Part shown: positions 36,523-46,732 of the stretch, piece after piece
Position numbering within the stretch: position 1 is the first letter of the stretch
Layout of the letters: the number at the start of each line of letters is the position of its first letter
Assembly (NCBI GenBank): GCA_045863855.1
Contig: BTVV01000025.1
Span: forward strand, 1 to 64,000
Direction of reading: 5' to 3'
Length of the DNA stretch: 64,000 nt
Source: Planctomycetota bacterium
GTDB taxonomy: Bacteria; Planctomycetota; SZUA-567; H5-PLA8
Made by a program: the position numbers and the translations under genes
The notes under the pieces: generated by a model
What the model was told of the DNA's origin: nothing
Databases searched by the model: none
The model's input: the letters and a program-made list of their open reading frames with translations, nothing else

Positions 36523-39500
36523 TCAGAAACTCAGATCGTCCTTCGAGAGCAGAATCAGGCGGCCGGCTTGGGACTGCGCAGAGACGCGTCCGTGGGTGCC
36601 CATCGGTCCCACGCCCTTGCGGTCCACTTTCTGCAACTCTTTGCCGTCCTTCAGGCCCAGGAGGCGGATCGCGAAATCCTGGTTGTCTTGCGAGAGGATA
36701 ACGGCCTGGCCGTCCGGCAGGATGGATTCGACGTCGATCTGCGGCTTGCCTTGGTAGTCCTTGTACTCGAGTTTGTAGCCGCGCTTCCCTGTTGCCGCTT
36801 CGACACTGGCGAAGTGGAAACCCTGTCCGGCGTGCGGAATAATTCCGTAGGCGATCCCGTTCTGAAAACGGATGGAGTGCATCGGCGCCGGCGCGTTTCC
36901 GTCCTTAGGATTGGAGTTCCAGAGAATTTTCCCGCTGTGAGCGTCGAGCATGTACAGGGCGGGCATGTCGTAATTCTTCTTGAGCACCGCCAGGAAATCT
37001 CCGGATAGGTAGAAGCGTAGGGGCGGTTCCTGGGTCTGATCGTTCTCGTCGATGGGTCGCTTCCACAGCACGCGCAGATTCTTCACATCGATGCAGATGT
37101 AGTACCACGTATCCGTAACGACAATGCGGTCACCGTCGATGGCGCCGGGGACTTCCTCGGGACCGTTCTCGATCAACGGATGCCCATTGAAAAGGGTAAG
37201 GTCGGGCAGCGCCAGACTGCCGATCAGTTTCCCGGTGCCCCGGTAGCGGACGGTGACGTTGAAGGGAAGCTTGCGCACGGAGATGAGCCGGTCGTCCACG
37301 AAATAGGCGGGAAGGTACTGGTCGCCTGCCTCCTGCTCCTGCCAGAGGACCTCGCCCAGTTCCAGCGTGGTCTCGACATCCAGTGCGATGCTCTCGGCCT
37401 GCCCGCAGAGCACGAAGATGCGCCCGCTGCCGGCGGCCGATTTGATCTCGAACCCGCTGGGCGAGCGGAAGCGCCAGCGTTGCTTACCGTCCTTGACGTC
37501 GAAGCAGAAGACATCGTAGAGCCCATGGACGACGACGCGGTCCTTATGCACGTACGCTTTGAAGAAGCCCCACTCGTCGCCCACGTACTTTACCTGATTG
37601 CCGAGAAACCGCAGGTTGGGAGTATCCCAGAGCTTCTTTCCCGCCGTCAGGTCGAAGCAAGAAAGAATGAACTTATTGTCGGTCTTTTGGCGCCTGCGTC
37701 CGCCAACGAACATCAGATGAGGATGTTCCTTTCGCGGATCGCTTCGCGCGAGGGTCAGCCATGCGGTGCCTTCGGCGTCTTCCAAATTGAGCGTGTTTGC
37801 CTGGTACGGCGTCGCGATCGGCAAAGGCTTGGCCGCACCCGCATCGGCCGTGACAGCGGCCTTGAACGGCTCGGGAATCGTCAGCCCACAGAGGCGCGCG
37901 GCGTCGGCGAGTTCCCAGATCCTCCGGCGACTTTCCTCGCCCTCCATCTTAGGCGTTTCGGTGAAGAGCCGGTCCAGGCATTGCTGGGCCGCGCGAGTAC
38001 CCGGGTACTCGCGGAGCAGCACGAGTTGTTCGTCGAGCGACTTATCCTTCAAAACCTCCGTGGCGGCCTTCTCGGCCTCTTCCGCGAAGCGCCCGCCACT
38101 GCGCTGAAACATCAACAGCCGCTGGACGGCAAGATCGCCGGAGCGGACGGTCATCGTTTTGGGCAGGGGCGAGGCGGCGCTGGCGTACAACGGCAAGCCC
38201 TTGCCCATGCGGGCCAGCCCGCCTTTCATTTCGGAAGCGTAAAGCGCCGCGGGTACGCGGGTCTCGGCCTGTGCGAGCATCGCTTCTCCGGTCTTGAAGG
38301 TTTCCTCGCGCTTGAGCGCATTCAGCGGGGAGACCGGGTACTCGTATTGCCCGTAGACGGTCACGAGGTTGCGCAGGCACCGCGCGGCATCGGCGAGATT
38401 GCCCTGCCGCTCGTAAGCTTCGGCGAGAATGAAGATCGTCTCGATCTCCTCAGCCAGGGTGCCGGCCGTCTGGGACATACCCAAGGCGCGCTGGAGTTCC
38501 TGCGGCGGCTGCGCGCGGAAGATGTTCCGCTGCACGAGCCGGCGGTGGATCTGATAAAGCTGCTGATCCAAAAGCGCGCGGAAGTCCAGATCGTTGGGCG
38601 AAGCCTTGGCCAGGCATTCTTCCAGGAGCCCCGCGGCTTCCTCGTCGAGGCCGTCCGCGATGGCCAGTTCGGCGCGGGCGAATAGCGCGTCCGGTCCCTC
38701 GGCCTTGGCCGTCGCGGCCTTCACCGCGTCTCTGTCGAAGACCATCATCACGTCGCGCGGCGTCACACGCAGTTCGAACGGAACGCCGAAGCGCGTAAAC
38801 GTCATCCGTGCGAACGGAAGAAACGGGCCGTGCTCGTTGACGGGCACCGAGTCCGCCACGGTCTTCTTGTACTGTTCGATGAGGTTCAACGTCGCCTTGT
38901 CCTTCTGTGGAATCTTTTCGTGCTCTTCGAGTTCCTTAGGCGCCCTATTGCTGATGATGTCATCGACTTCCGCCAGTAACTGACCCGTGTAGTAACGGCG
39001 TTGATGGACGACTTTCTTGTCTTTCAGCGAGATGCCGGCGAGGTGATACACTTGGCATCCCTTACGCCACCACGGACTGCAATCGGTCCAGGTGGGTAAA
39101 AAGAGCATATCATCGTCGGAGAGGAAAGGGCGCGCGGCGGTCTCGAACCAGCGGCTGTTAATGCTCATTCCAACCGATTTCTGGTAGGCGTACTGCGCCA
39201 TCACCGGTTGCTGATCCTGCAGGATGGGATCGAACTCGCAACGCCAGGTAGTCTTGCCCGTCGCTGGATCGAGCAGGTAGATCGGCGCGCCCTGCTTTCC
39301 CGAAGATCCCGAGAGCGGCCCGTTGCGGCCGTTGGTGCTCAAAACGAGTTCGCCCGCGGAAGTCGTCCCGAGCAGATGGCAAAAGCCCGGTTCGGGCTTG
39401 GTGCGCGCCCACTCCACTTTGCCGGTGCGCCGGTCGAGGCAGAGCATGAAGACGGTGTCGATGGGGAGAATGAAAACGCGCTCGCCTATGAGCAACGGAC

Positions 39501-41277
39501 GCTGGCTATTCCAGAACATGGGATCGTGCGGGCGCACGTAGGCTTCGCCGCCGTGAAGAATACTCAAGTTTCCGAACTGCCGGACGGCGTCGTGTACGCC
39601 GGGGTAGTACGGATAGCGAACGAGCCACTTGATCTGTCCCGAAGCGGCGTCCACGGCCGCGAGTGCGCCGGCGTTGGTGTTGTAGTAGACGGTTCCTTCG
39701 CTGTGGTGCGGCGGGGCAAAGAAGCTGCGGATCTTGTTGCGTCGCTGCTGCACAAGCCCGGCGCTGAATTTGGGCGGTTTAAGCCGGCAGAGTTCGGTGC
39801 GCCACTTGACGCGTCCGGTGGTGCTCTCGAACGCGATCATCCCGTACTCGGTATCGACATGCGTGTCGCCTTCGATGTTGTCCAGCGCGTAACCGGCGAA
39901 GACGGTGCGGTCGCCGCCCGCGGGCGCGCATTCGAATCGCATGCGCGCTTCTTCTTCGTTTGAAGCCGACATCGGGCCGAAGGTCCAGCGTACCTGTCCG
40001 GTGATCTCGTCCAACGCCGCCAGCGATGGGCCGACCTTATATAGCGGCGTGAAGACGAGCCCGTCCTGCACCAGCACGTCTTCCATCGGGTACTGCCGCT
40101 CAAACCAGTTCTGCCAGACCACACGCCCGCCAAGATCGCACAGCCAGCGCTTGGCACCGTTGAGCAGCGACCTGCAATAGATCATGTTCTTGTGACGGTA
40201 GATCACGCTGTGCTCGGTCACGACGGGCTGCGTGTAGACGAATTGGTCGCGGCGCGAGTCGGCTAGTTCTTCCCGCCAGGAGGGCTGCTGCAAAGCGAGC
40301 GGATCGAGCGTGGGCATCCCACGCGCGTAATCGTCGGTGGCAAGGCTGCCGGAACTGGCCCTCTGCACGAACGCCCCCGCGGAAAGCGGCTGAGCATTGC
40401 TCGTCAGGTCGCTCAAGGCCTTCAACTCCCCGGCGCTCAGCTCGCTCTTCGCCGTGGCCTTGCCCGGAGTTCCCGGCTTGTCGCCAAGCATCTTCCGGCA
40501 GTAACCGATTTTGAGCTGAAGGTCGGGCGTCAGGCAGTCGGAGTCCTTGAAGGACGACGTCAGGAGCGAGTACAGTTCCAGAGCTTCGAGGAAGTTGCCC
40601 GCGTCTAGCGCTGCGTTGCCCAATTCGAGGAGCGCGTTGTCGCCATAGGAGGTGGCGAGCATGCTTTCCACGATCTCGGCCATTCCGCTCATGGAGTTGC
40701 GGCGCTTGGCCTGTTCGTACGCTTCCTTGGCCCGCGCGTCGTACAAGGTGCGGTAATAGGCGAGATCGCCGGCGGGAAAATCCAGGAGCCGGCGCTGGCA
40801 GTACCTGCGAATGGGAACGAAGACCCCCTGCTCCGAGACGCGGTACATCACTTCGGGAAACTTGTCGATGACCATCTGGTAGAGCTTCAGGGCGTCGCGG
40901 TGCTTGCCTTCTTTCTCCTTGCGCAACGCCTCCGTGACCAGCGCGTTCGCGCGGTCGGCTTCCACCACTTCGTTAAGCGTGAAAAAGTGCTTCTCGGAGG
41001 AGAGTTTCATCTCCTCTTCGTCCTTGTACCATCCGCCGAACCCGTCGTTGCGATGCCCGCCGGACTTGGGCAGGAAGGTCTGGAAAGCGGCGACGTATCC
41101 TTTGTAGAGGTCGCGATAGGGATCCGGCAGTTCGCCTTCGGCGGACGGCGGATCCTTGGCTTCCTCCTTGGGTTTCGGCGGCTTGGGCGCTTCGCCGGCA
41201 TGCAGCGCCCAAGCACTCACCCCAAACAGCAGGGCCATGATGACGCTCCAGGCGGCCGTATTCGTGCAGCGGCGCAT
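36523..41277 (-). CDS. Large secreted TPR + PQQ-type beta-propeller repeat protein (1584 aa)
   Basis: Signal peptide (IMALLFGVSAWALHA-G); repeated LAALDEITGQVRW / AVDAASGQIKW / CLDRRTGKVEW PQQ motifs in two clusters; helical TPR-like segments; TGATG overlap with the DUF58 gene. Confidence 0.85.
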   Translation of the reverse strand: MRRCTNTAAWSVIMALLFGVSAWALHAGEAPKPPKPKEEAKDPPSAEGELPDPYRDLYKGYVAAFQTFLPKSGGHRNDGFGGWYKDEEEMKLSSEKHFFTLNEVVEADRANALVTEALRKEKEGKHRDALKLYQMVIDKFPEVMYRVSEQGVFVPIRRYCQRRLLDFPAGDLAYYRTLYDARAKEAYEQAKRRNSMSGMAEIVESMLATSYGDNALLELGNAALDAGNFLEALELYSLLTSSFKDSDCLTPDLQLKIGYCRKMLGDKPGTPGKATAKSELSAGELKALSDLTSNAQPLSAGAFVQRASSGSLATDDYARGMPTLDPLALQQPSWREELADSRRDQFVYTQPVVTEHSVIYRHKNMIYCRSLLNGAKRWLCDLGGRVVWQNWFERQYPMEDVLVQDGLVFTPLYKVGPSLAALDEITGQVRWTFGPMSASNEEEARMRFECAPAGGDRTVFAGYALDNIEGDTHVDTEYGMIAFESTTGRVKWRTELCRLKPPKFSAGLVQQRRNKIRSFFAPPHHSEGTVYYNTNAGALAAVDAASGQIKWLVRYPYYPGVHDAVRQFGNLSILHGGEAYVRPHDPMFWNSQRPLLIGERVFILPIDTVFMLCLDRRTGKVEWARTKPEPGFCHLLGTTSAGELVLSTNGRNGPLSGSSGKQGAPIYLLDPATGKTTWRCEFDPILQDQQPVMAQYAYQKSVGMSINSRWFETAARPFLSDDDMLFLPTWTDCSPWWRKGCQVYHLAGISLKDKKVVHQRRYYTGQLLAEVDDIISNRAPKELEEHEKIPQKDKATLNLIEQYKKTVADSVPVNEHGPFLPFARMTFTRFGVPFELRVTPRDVMMVFDRDAVKAATAKAEGPDALFARAELAIADGLDEEAAGLLEECLAKASPNDLDFRALLDQQLYQIHRRLVQRNIFRAQPPQELQRALGMSQTAGTLAEEIETIFILAEAYERQGNLADAARCLRNLVTVYGQYEYPVSPLNALKREETFKTGEAMLAQAETRVPAALYASEMKGGLARMGKGLPLYASAASPLPKTMTVRSGDLAVQRLLMFQRSGGRFAEEAEKAATEVLKDKSLDEQLVLLREYPGTRAAQQCLDRLFTETPKMEGEESRRRIWELADAARLCGLTIPEPFKAAVTADAGAAKPLPIATPYQANTLNLEDAEGTAWLTLARSDPRKEHPHLMFVGGRRRQKTDNKFILSCFDLTAGKKLWDTPNLRFLGNQVKYVGDEWGFFKAYVHKDRVVVHGLYDVFCFDVKDGKQRWRFRSPSGFEIKSAAGSGRIFVLCGQAESIALDVETTLELGEVLWQEQEAGDQYLPAYFVDDRLISVRKLPFNVTVRYRGTGKLIGSLALPDLTLFNGHPLIENGPEEVPGAIDGDRIVVTDTWYYICIDVKNLRVLWKRPIDENDQTQEPPLRFYLSGDFLAVLKKNYDMPALYMLDAHSGKILWNSNPKDGNAPAPMHSIRFQNGIAYGIIPHAGQGFHFASVEAATGKRGYKLEYKDYQGKPQIDVESILPDGQAVILSQDNQDFAIRLLGLKDGKELQKVDRKGVGPMGTHGRVSAQSQAGRLILLSKDDLSF

Positions 41278-42179
41278 CAGCGGACCTTTCTCCGGGCAAG
41301 GCGCAGGGACAGCAGGGAGGACAGCACTTCGTCCAGCCGCGCGTCGGTGCCCAGTTCTTCGAGGTTGAACCCAAACCGCATGCAAAACGACCGAACCGCG
41401 GCCAGATGATTCTTCCGTGCGCGCAGGTAGGAATTGCGCAGATCCCGGGGATCGCAGAGCAACCGCCCCTCTCCCTCGGTGCCCAGAAAAATGGTCTGGC
41501 CGGTGAACGGGAAATCGCGCTCGGCCGGATCTTCGACATGCAGCAACAGCACGTCCTGTTCGGCGAAACTGAGTTGTCCCAACCCCAGCCCAAGGCGTTC
41601 GGGGTTGTCCACGAAGTCGCTGAGCACCACCACCATGCCACGGGACTTCAGTTGCGGAGCCAGATTGAGAATCGCGGTGCCTACGTCGGTCTTTCCGGTA
41701 CCGGGCGATACTTTGCCGAGCAAGTCGAGAATCTGCCGGTAATGCATGCCGGAACTTCGCGACGGCAGATGAGTGCGGATCTTTTCGTCGAACACGGCGA
41801 GCCCAAAGGTGTCCTTCTGCTGCATGAGCAGGTAGGACAAGGTCGCCAGTACCGTCGCGGCGTATTCGAACTTCGTGAGTGCCGCGCCTTCGCTCTTGAA
41901 GAACATGGAGGGGCTAGCATCCAGCATGAAGAAGACCGGCATGCTGGTTTCGACTTCGTACTGCTTGACGTAAAAGCGGTCGGTCTTGGCGAATACCTTC
42001 CAGTCGAGGTGCTTGGTATCGTCGCCCGTGACATACTGGCGATGCTGGGCGAATTCGGTGCTGATGCCGCGCATCTTCGACTTGTGCATGCCAACCATGA
42101 GGCTCTCGACGAGGCGCAGACTGCGCAGCTCGAGGCCCTTGACTCGTCCGATGACGTCCGGATCGAAGTAATCGCTCAT
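41277..42179 (-). CDS. DUF58-family protein (MoxR-associated, VWA-like)
   Basis: GMHKS...STEFAQHRQYVTGDD..HLDWKVFAKTDRFYVKQYE, LDASPSM, LSDF. Confidence 0.92.
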   Translation of the reverse strand: MSDYFDPDVIGRVKGLELRSLRLVESLMVGMHKSKMRGISTEFAQHRQYVTGDDTKHLDWKVFAKTDRFYVKQYEVETSMPVFFMLDASPSMFFKSEGAALTKFEYAATVLATLSYLLMQQKDTFGLAVFDEKIRTHLPSRSSGMHYRQILDLLGKVSPGTGKTDVGTAILNLAPQLKSRGMVVVLSDFVDNPERLGLGLGQLSFAEQDVLLLHVEDPAERDFPFTGQTIFLGTEGEGRLLCDPRDLRNSYLRARKNHLAAVRSFCMRFGFNLEELGTDARLDEVLSSLLSLRLARRKVR

Positions 42180-42181
42180 GA

Positions 42182-43390
42182 TCAAGCCACCATCTGAATG
42201 AGCTGGTCCACGATCTGTTCGCGCGTGACGCCTTCGGCTTCCGCGGCGAAGTTGGGCAGGATGCGGTGACCGATCACGGCTTGGGCGACTTCGCGGACGT
42301 CCTCGAGCTTCGCTTCGTTACGTCCGGCAAGGACCGCGGAGGCCTTGGCGCCCAAGACCAGGTTCTGGCAGGCGCGCGGAGAGGCGCCCCAAGTAAGCCA
42401 CTTCTTGATGAAGTCAGGCGCCTCCTTCTCGCCGGCACGCGTGGCGCGAACGAGCTTCAGGACGTAGCGTTTTACCTGCTCTGTAATCCTCACCTTCCGC
42501 ACGAGTTGCTGGAGGTCGAGAATTTCTTCCTTGCTCAGCACCGGGTCCACCTGCGGCTTATAGCCGGTGGTGGTCATATCGAGGATCTGCATCTCTTCGT
42601 CTTCGGTCGGATAGCCGACGTTGATCTGGAACATGAAACGGTCGAGCTGCGCTTCGGGAAGCGGGTAGGTACCTTCCTGCTCCACCGGATTTTGGGTGGC
42701 AAGCACGAAGAACGGTTCGTCGAGCTTGCGCCGCACGCCGCCAACGGTGACTTGGCGCTCCTGCATGGACTCGAGCAACGAGGCCTGCGTCTTAGGCGGA
42801 GTGCGGTTGATTTCGTCGGCCAGCAGGATGTTGGTGAAAATGGGACCGGACAGGAAGCGGAACTGCCGCTCGCCGGTCGCCTTGTCTTCCTGGATCACCT
42901 CGGTGCCCGTGATGTCCGAAGGCATCAGGTCCGGCGTGAACTGGACGCGCTTGAAATCGAGCGAGAGACAACTAGCCAGCGTACGGACCAACAACGTCTT
43001 GCCCAGACCCGGGACGCCCATCAGCAGGCAATGCCCCTGCGAGAAGAGTCCAAGCATGGTCAGGCGTACGACTTGGTCTTGTCCGACGACGGCCTTTCTT
43101 AACTGGTCCATGATGCGATCGTGCGCGGCTTTCAGATTGCTGATCTTGGACAAATCGTCCGAGGTCCATTCGTCGCCCTCGGAGACGCGCCCGCGCAGCA
43201 CCGCGGGTTGTCCGCTAGGCGGCGAGGCGTGGGCGGTCTCGACCGCCGTTTCGTCGGCGTGTTCGTCCGGCTTGCCCTCCGCCGGGACGGGAATCAGAAT
43301 GTCGCACTTTTTACAGCGGATGCTCTTGCCGGCCGAACTTTCGGCGGCTTTGTAGGCGGTACCGCACTTGGAACAGGTCACTCGAATCAT
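42182..43390 (-). CDS. MoxR-family AAA+ ATPase with an N-terminal zinc ribbon
   Basis: GVPGLGKT, RVQFTPDLMPSDITG, LADEINR, TQNPVEQEGTYPLPEAQLDRF; N-terminal CSKC-x17-CKKC. Confidence 0.95.
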   Translation of the reverse strand: MIRVTCSKCGTAYKAAESSAGKSIRCKKCDILIPVPAEGKPDEHADETAVETAHASPPSGQPAVLRGRVSEGDEWTSDDLSKISNLKAAHDRIMDQLRKAVVGQDQVVRLTMLGLFSQGHCLLMGVPGLGKTLLVRTLASCLSLDFKRVQFTPDLMPSDITGTEVIQEDKATGERQFRFLSGPIFTNILLADEINRTPPKTQASLLESMQERQVTVGGVRRKLDEPFFVLATQNPVEQEGTYPLPEAQLDRFMFQINVGYPTEDEEMQILDMTTTGYKPQVDPVLSKEEILDLQQLVRKVRITEQVKRYVLKLVRATRAGEKEAPDFIKKWLTWGASPRACQNLVLGAKASAVLAGRNEAKLEDVREVAQAVIGHRILPNFAAEAEGVTREQIVDQLIQMVA

Positions 43391-43413
43391 GGTCTTCTCC
43401 TCGGTCTTTCGAT

Positions 43414-44475
43414 TTAGGCTTCGATGCTCTTAATCAACTCGCGCGTCCAGGACGAAACTTCCGGCAACGCGCGCCGCCGGGCATGTTGAAGGATGCGCTC
43501 CACAATGAAGCGCGCGTCCCGTCCTTGGGCTTGCGCCCGGAAATCCACCATCAATCGGTGCGTCAACACCGAAGGCGCGATCTCGATTACGTCCGACTTG
43601 GAGACGTGGGTGCGGCCCCGCGCGAGCGCCAGGACTTTGGCCCCCATCAGAATGGCCTGTGCCGCGCGGGGACTGGCTCCCAACCGGATGTCCGTGGACC
43701 CGTCGCCGCCGCTATCCGCGCCTGGCCGAGTCGCGCGGACGATGGCCAGTGCGAACTGCTTCACGGACGGAACAACCGGCACTTCGCGCGCCAGGTTCTG
43801 CATGGCCACCACGGCTTCGGGGTCCGCAACTTTTTGGGTCTGGATGCGCCGCGTGCCGGTCGTCACGTCCAGCATGCGGCCCTCGGCTTCCTCGTCGGGA
43901 TAGAACTGCTCGATGCAGAGCATAAAGCGGTCGGCTTGGGCTTCGCCCAGCGGCCATACGCCTTCGCTTTCGACCGTGTTCTGCGTGGCCACCAGCACGA
44001 ACGGCTTGGGCAGCCGATAGGTCTGCCCGCCCGTGGTGATCTGACGCTCTTGCATAAGTTCCAGCAGCGCCGACTGCGTGCGCGCGGGGCTGCGGTTGAT
44101 CTCGTCGGCCAGGACAAGGTTGGCGAAGACCGGCCCTTTGAAGAAATGGAAACGCCGCTCGCCTTCGCGGTTTCGTTCCAATACTTCCGCGCCCACGATA
44201 TCGGTGGGCAGCAGGTCGGGCGTGAATTGGATACGCCGGTACTCCAGTCCCAACGCTTCGCCAAGCGTTTTGACCAGCAGCGTCCGTCCGAGACCGGGCA
44301 TGCCCGTCAGGAGCACATGCCCGCCGCCGAAGACGGCCACCAGGAGGTGTTCGACGGCGCGCTCCTGCCCGATCACGACCCGGGCCAGTTCGGCATGGAC
44401 ATTCGCGAAGAGTGTCTGAAACTCCGCGGGTTCCATGGTGCGGCCTCCTTCTTTCGCAGCCGTCGCGTTTGCCAT
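43414..44475 (-). CDS. MoxR-family AAA+ protein with a variant Walker A (GMPGLGRT)
   Basis: RIQFTPDLLPTDIVG, LADEINR, GASPRA; Walker A Lys replaced by Arg. Confidence 0.92.
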   Translation of the reverse strand: MANATAAKEGGRTMEPAEFQTLFANVHAELARVVIGQERAVEHLLVAVFGGGHVLLTGMPGLGRTLLVKTLGEALGLEYRRIQFTPDLLPTDIVGAEVLERNREGERRFHFFKGPVFANLVLADEINRSPARTQSALLELMQERQITTGGQTYRLPKPFVLVATQNTVESEGVWPLGEAQADRFMLCIEQFYPDEEAEGRMLDVTTGTRRIQTQKVADPEAVVAMQNLAREVPVVPSVKQFALAIVRATRPGADSGGDGSTDIRLGASPRAAQAILMGAKVLALARGRTHVSKSDVIEIAPSVLTHRLMVDFRAQAQGRDARFIVERILQHARRRALPEVSSWTRELIKSIEA

Positions 44476-44482
44476 CGCGTGC

Positions 44483-45502
44483 CTACTCCTTGGCGCCGAT
44501 CTTCTCGAACTCGGCCTTCACCTTCTTATCCGTAGGCTTTTCCTGCCATTCGTTGTAATTGAGTTCTTTGCCTTCGAAGAGCTTGTCGAATAGCGGTCGA
44601 GAAGGCGCGAACGCAATCTCGCTTCCCGGCGACCACCGCATGAAGGGAGAACCGTACGCGTGGAAAACCGGAAGGGTGTCGTTGCTCGCGCCACCGCCAA
44701 CTTGATCGGCGATCTCGGCATCGCCGAAGTTCAGGCGCGCGAGACTCAGCATGACTTCTTCGTTGTTCATGAAGCTGTCGCCGTACTTGCCCAAGTGTTT
44801 GTCGTTGAACCAGAGCAAATCGATCTCGCGGGGCTTGGCTTGGCGGTTCCGCAGGTACAGCCCGGAGTGGGTGATGTGAGTGTAGGGTTCGAAGGTCAGG
44901 CGGAGTTCGAATCCGTCGAGCATGTCCCGGATGGCCGGGATCAGTTCACGATAGACCTGCTGCTCGACCGGTGCGGGCCCGGGCGGGAGCGGCTTATCCT
45001 TTTCGGGCGCGGGCAAACCCTTGGGCGCCTTCTGATAAGCGATGGAGACGGACATCTGGCCCGCTTTGGCGCCTTGGTAGGGTCGGCTCTTGTATACGGG
45101 TTCCAGCTTGAAGCGGATGACGTTGTTCTCGGCGTAGTCCAGATAGGCGAGATAGGGCGAGGCGTACTGAAAATTGTTCAAGTCTGGGATCTTATAGATG
45201 GAGACTGCTTCCTTGCCGCCGCGCACCGCCTTGACTTCGTGACTTGCCAGCTGGCAACCCTCGCCGAACTGCTTCGCGCGCAGCTCGGCCTGAGGCTTTT
45301 CCAACAGCGCGTTCATATCGGCGACCGGGCTGCCTTCGAGCTTCATATCGAGGAGGCGATGAGAGAAGCGGACGCGCTCCACGATCGTGGCGCTGCCGTC
45401 CCTCTCAAGCTTCACGCGCGTTTCGATCTGCATGCAGCCCGCGAGCGCGCAAAGCGCCAGCGCCATGCTCGATATGCGCAGAATCATCGGTCTCTTCCGC
45501 AT
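44483..45502 (-). CDS. Hypothetical lipoprotein
   Basis: Lipobox LAGC after a hydrophobic stretch; in the operon. Confidence 0.75.
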   Translation of the reverse strand: MRKRPMILRISSMALALCALAGCMQIETRVKLERDGSATIVERVRFSHRLLDMKLEGSPVADMNALLEKPQAELRAKQFGEGCQLASHEVKAVRGGKEAVSIYKIPDLNNFQYASPYLAYLDYAENNVIRFKLEPVYKSRPYQGAKAGQMSVSIAYQKAPKGLPAPEKDKPLPPGPAPVEQQVYRELIPAIRDMLDGFELRLTFEPYTHITHSGLYLRNRQAKPREIDLLWFNDKHLGKYGDSFMNNEEVMLSLARLNFGDAEIADQVGGGASNDTLPVFHAYGSPFMRWSPGSEIAFAPSRPLFDKLFEGKELNYNEWQEKPTDKKVKAEFEKIGAKE

Positions 45503-45511
45503 CGAAATCTC

Positions 45512-46732
45512 CTACCGCACTACGCGGGCCGCGCCCCAGATGGCGGCGTCGCCCAAGTCCAGATCACCTGCGTCGGTCGCTTTCAAATCCAATCGCTTCA
45601 CGCCTTCGACGGAGACCGAGATCGCCAACGCTTCATCGCCGCCACGGACCACCGGACTCTTAAAGAGTTCCTTGCCGTCGCCCATCACCTGAAAGACGAC
45701 GCTGCCGCGCCGGCCCATGCGGGAGGCAATGCCTACTTCGCAATGGAAGGTCTTGAACCGTCCGTTCAGGCCGAATGCCAACTCGGAATTCGCATGCACG
45801 CCCAGTCCCCAAGGGAAGCGCCGGCCTGCGATGGACAGGTCGAAACCCTGCACGTCCACGTCTCGGCGGTACGGCTGGACGGGCGTAAGGCGCGTCCGTT
45901 CCTCAACGGCTTGGGGATCCAGTTGCGAAAGATACTGCACGCGTCCGCCGATGGTCTGAACCAGCACGATCTCGTCCAGCCTGGCAGCCAGGAGCGCTTC
46001 GCGATTCCAGTCCGGCCGCAGATACCAGCGGCCCATGTGAATGCGTTCGAGGAGTCCGTCCACCACGCTGCCGTCGCGGCCTGTGACGCGCACGCGAACC
46101 TCGTCCTTCAACACCTCCACCGACTTACGCGCCGCGTCGGCCAAGCGCACCCCCGACAAGTAGAGGAGCTGAATGGGCTTTTCGATCGCCGACTCCTCGT
46201 AATCGAGGAATATCTGGGCGCGTTCGAACCGGCTGATCACGCAGGGATACAGGGTGCCGCGGCGGTCGAGCACCAAGTCGATGCTGGCGCTGGCGCTGCC
46301 GCGTTCGCCGTCCACGAGTTCTTCGGATTTGCGTCCGACGAATCCCATAACCGGCAGCGCGACGAATCCCTTCAGGCAACCCGCATCGAAGCGGACGGTC
46401 CCCGCAAGCGCCGACTCGACCACCACCAGATCGCTTTCGTTCCCTACGATTCGCCCGCGCAGCTTGCCGCCCTGCACGAAGCGGAACTCCTGCACGCCGC
46501 TTTGCAGCATCAGGTTCGGCCGGCCCATGAAACGGATCGCGACTACTTCCTCCAAGGGCACGGATTTTCGCTCGCCGGAATGAAGCTGAATCACGAGCTT
46601 TTCGGCTTCAATGCCCTGAACAAGCCCGTACAGCCGGGTATTGTCGTGGAGCCAGATTTCTTCCGCGCTGCCACGTTCGGATAAGGCAAGCAGCAGACAG
46701 ACGATCGCGAGGCCGACGATTAGAGGTCTCAT
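45512..46732 (-). CDS. Secreted NPCBM/NEW2 carbohydrate-binding-module protein
   Basis: Signal peptide; C-terminal IAGRRFPWGLGVHANSEL...GSVVFQVMGDGKELF...GDAAIWGAARV. Confidence 0.85.
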   Translation of the reverse strand: MRPLIVGLAIVCLLLALSERGSAEEIWLHDNTRLYGLVQGIEAEKLVIQLHSGERKSVPLEEVVAIRFMGRPNLMLQSGVQEFRFVQGGKLRGRIVGNESDLVVVESALAGTVRFDAGCLKGFVALPVMGFVGRKSEELVDGERGSASASIDLVLDRRGTLYPCVISRFERAQIFLDYEESAIEKPIQLLYLSGVRLADAARKSVEVLKDEVRVRVTGRDGSVVDGLLERIHMGRWYLRPDWNREALLAARLDEIVLVQTIGGRVQYLSQLDPQAVEERTRLTPVQPYRRDVDVQGFDLSIAGRRFPWGLGVHANSELAFGLNGRFKTFHCEVGIASRMGRRGSVVFQVMGDGKELFKSPVVRGGDEALAISVSVEGVKRLDLKATDAGDLDLGDAAIWGAARVVR

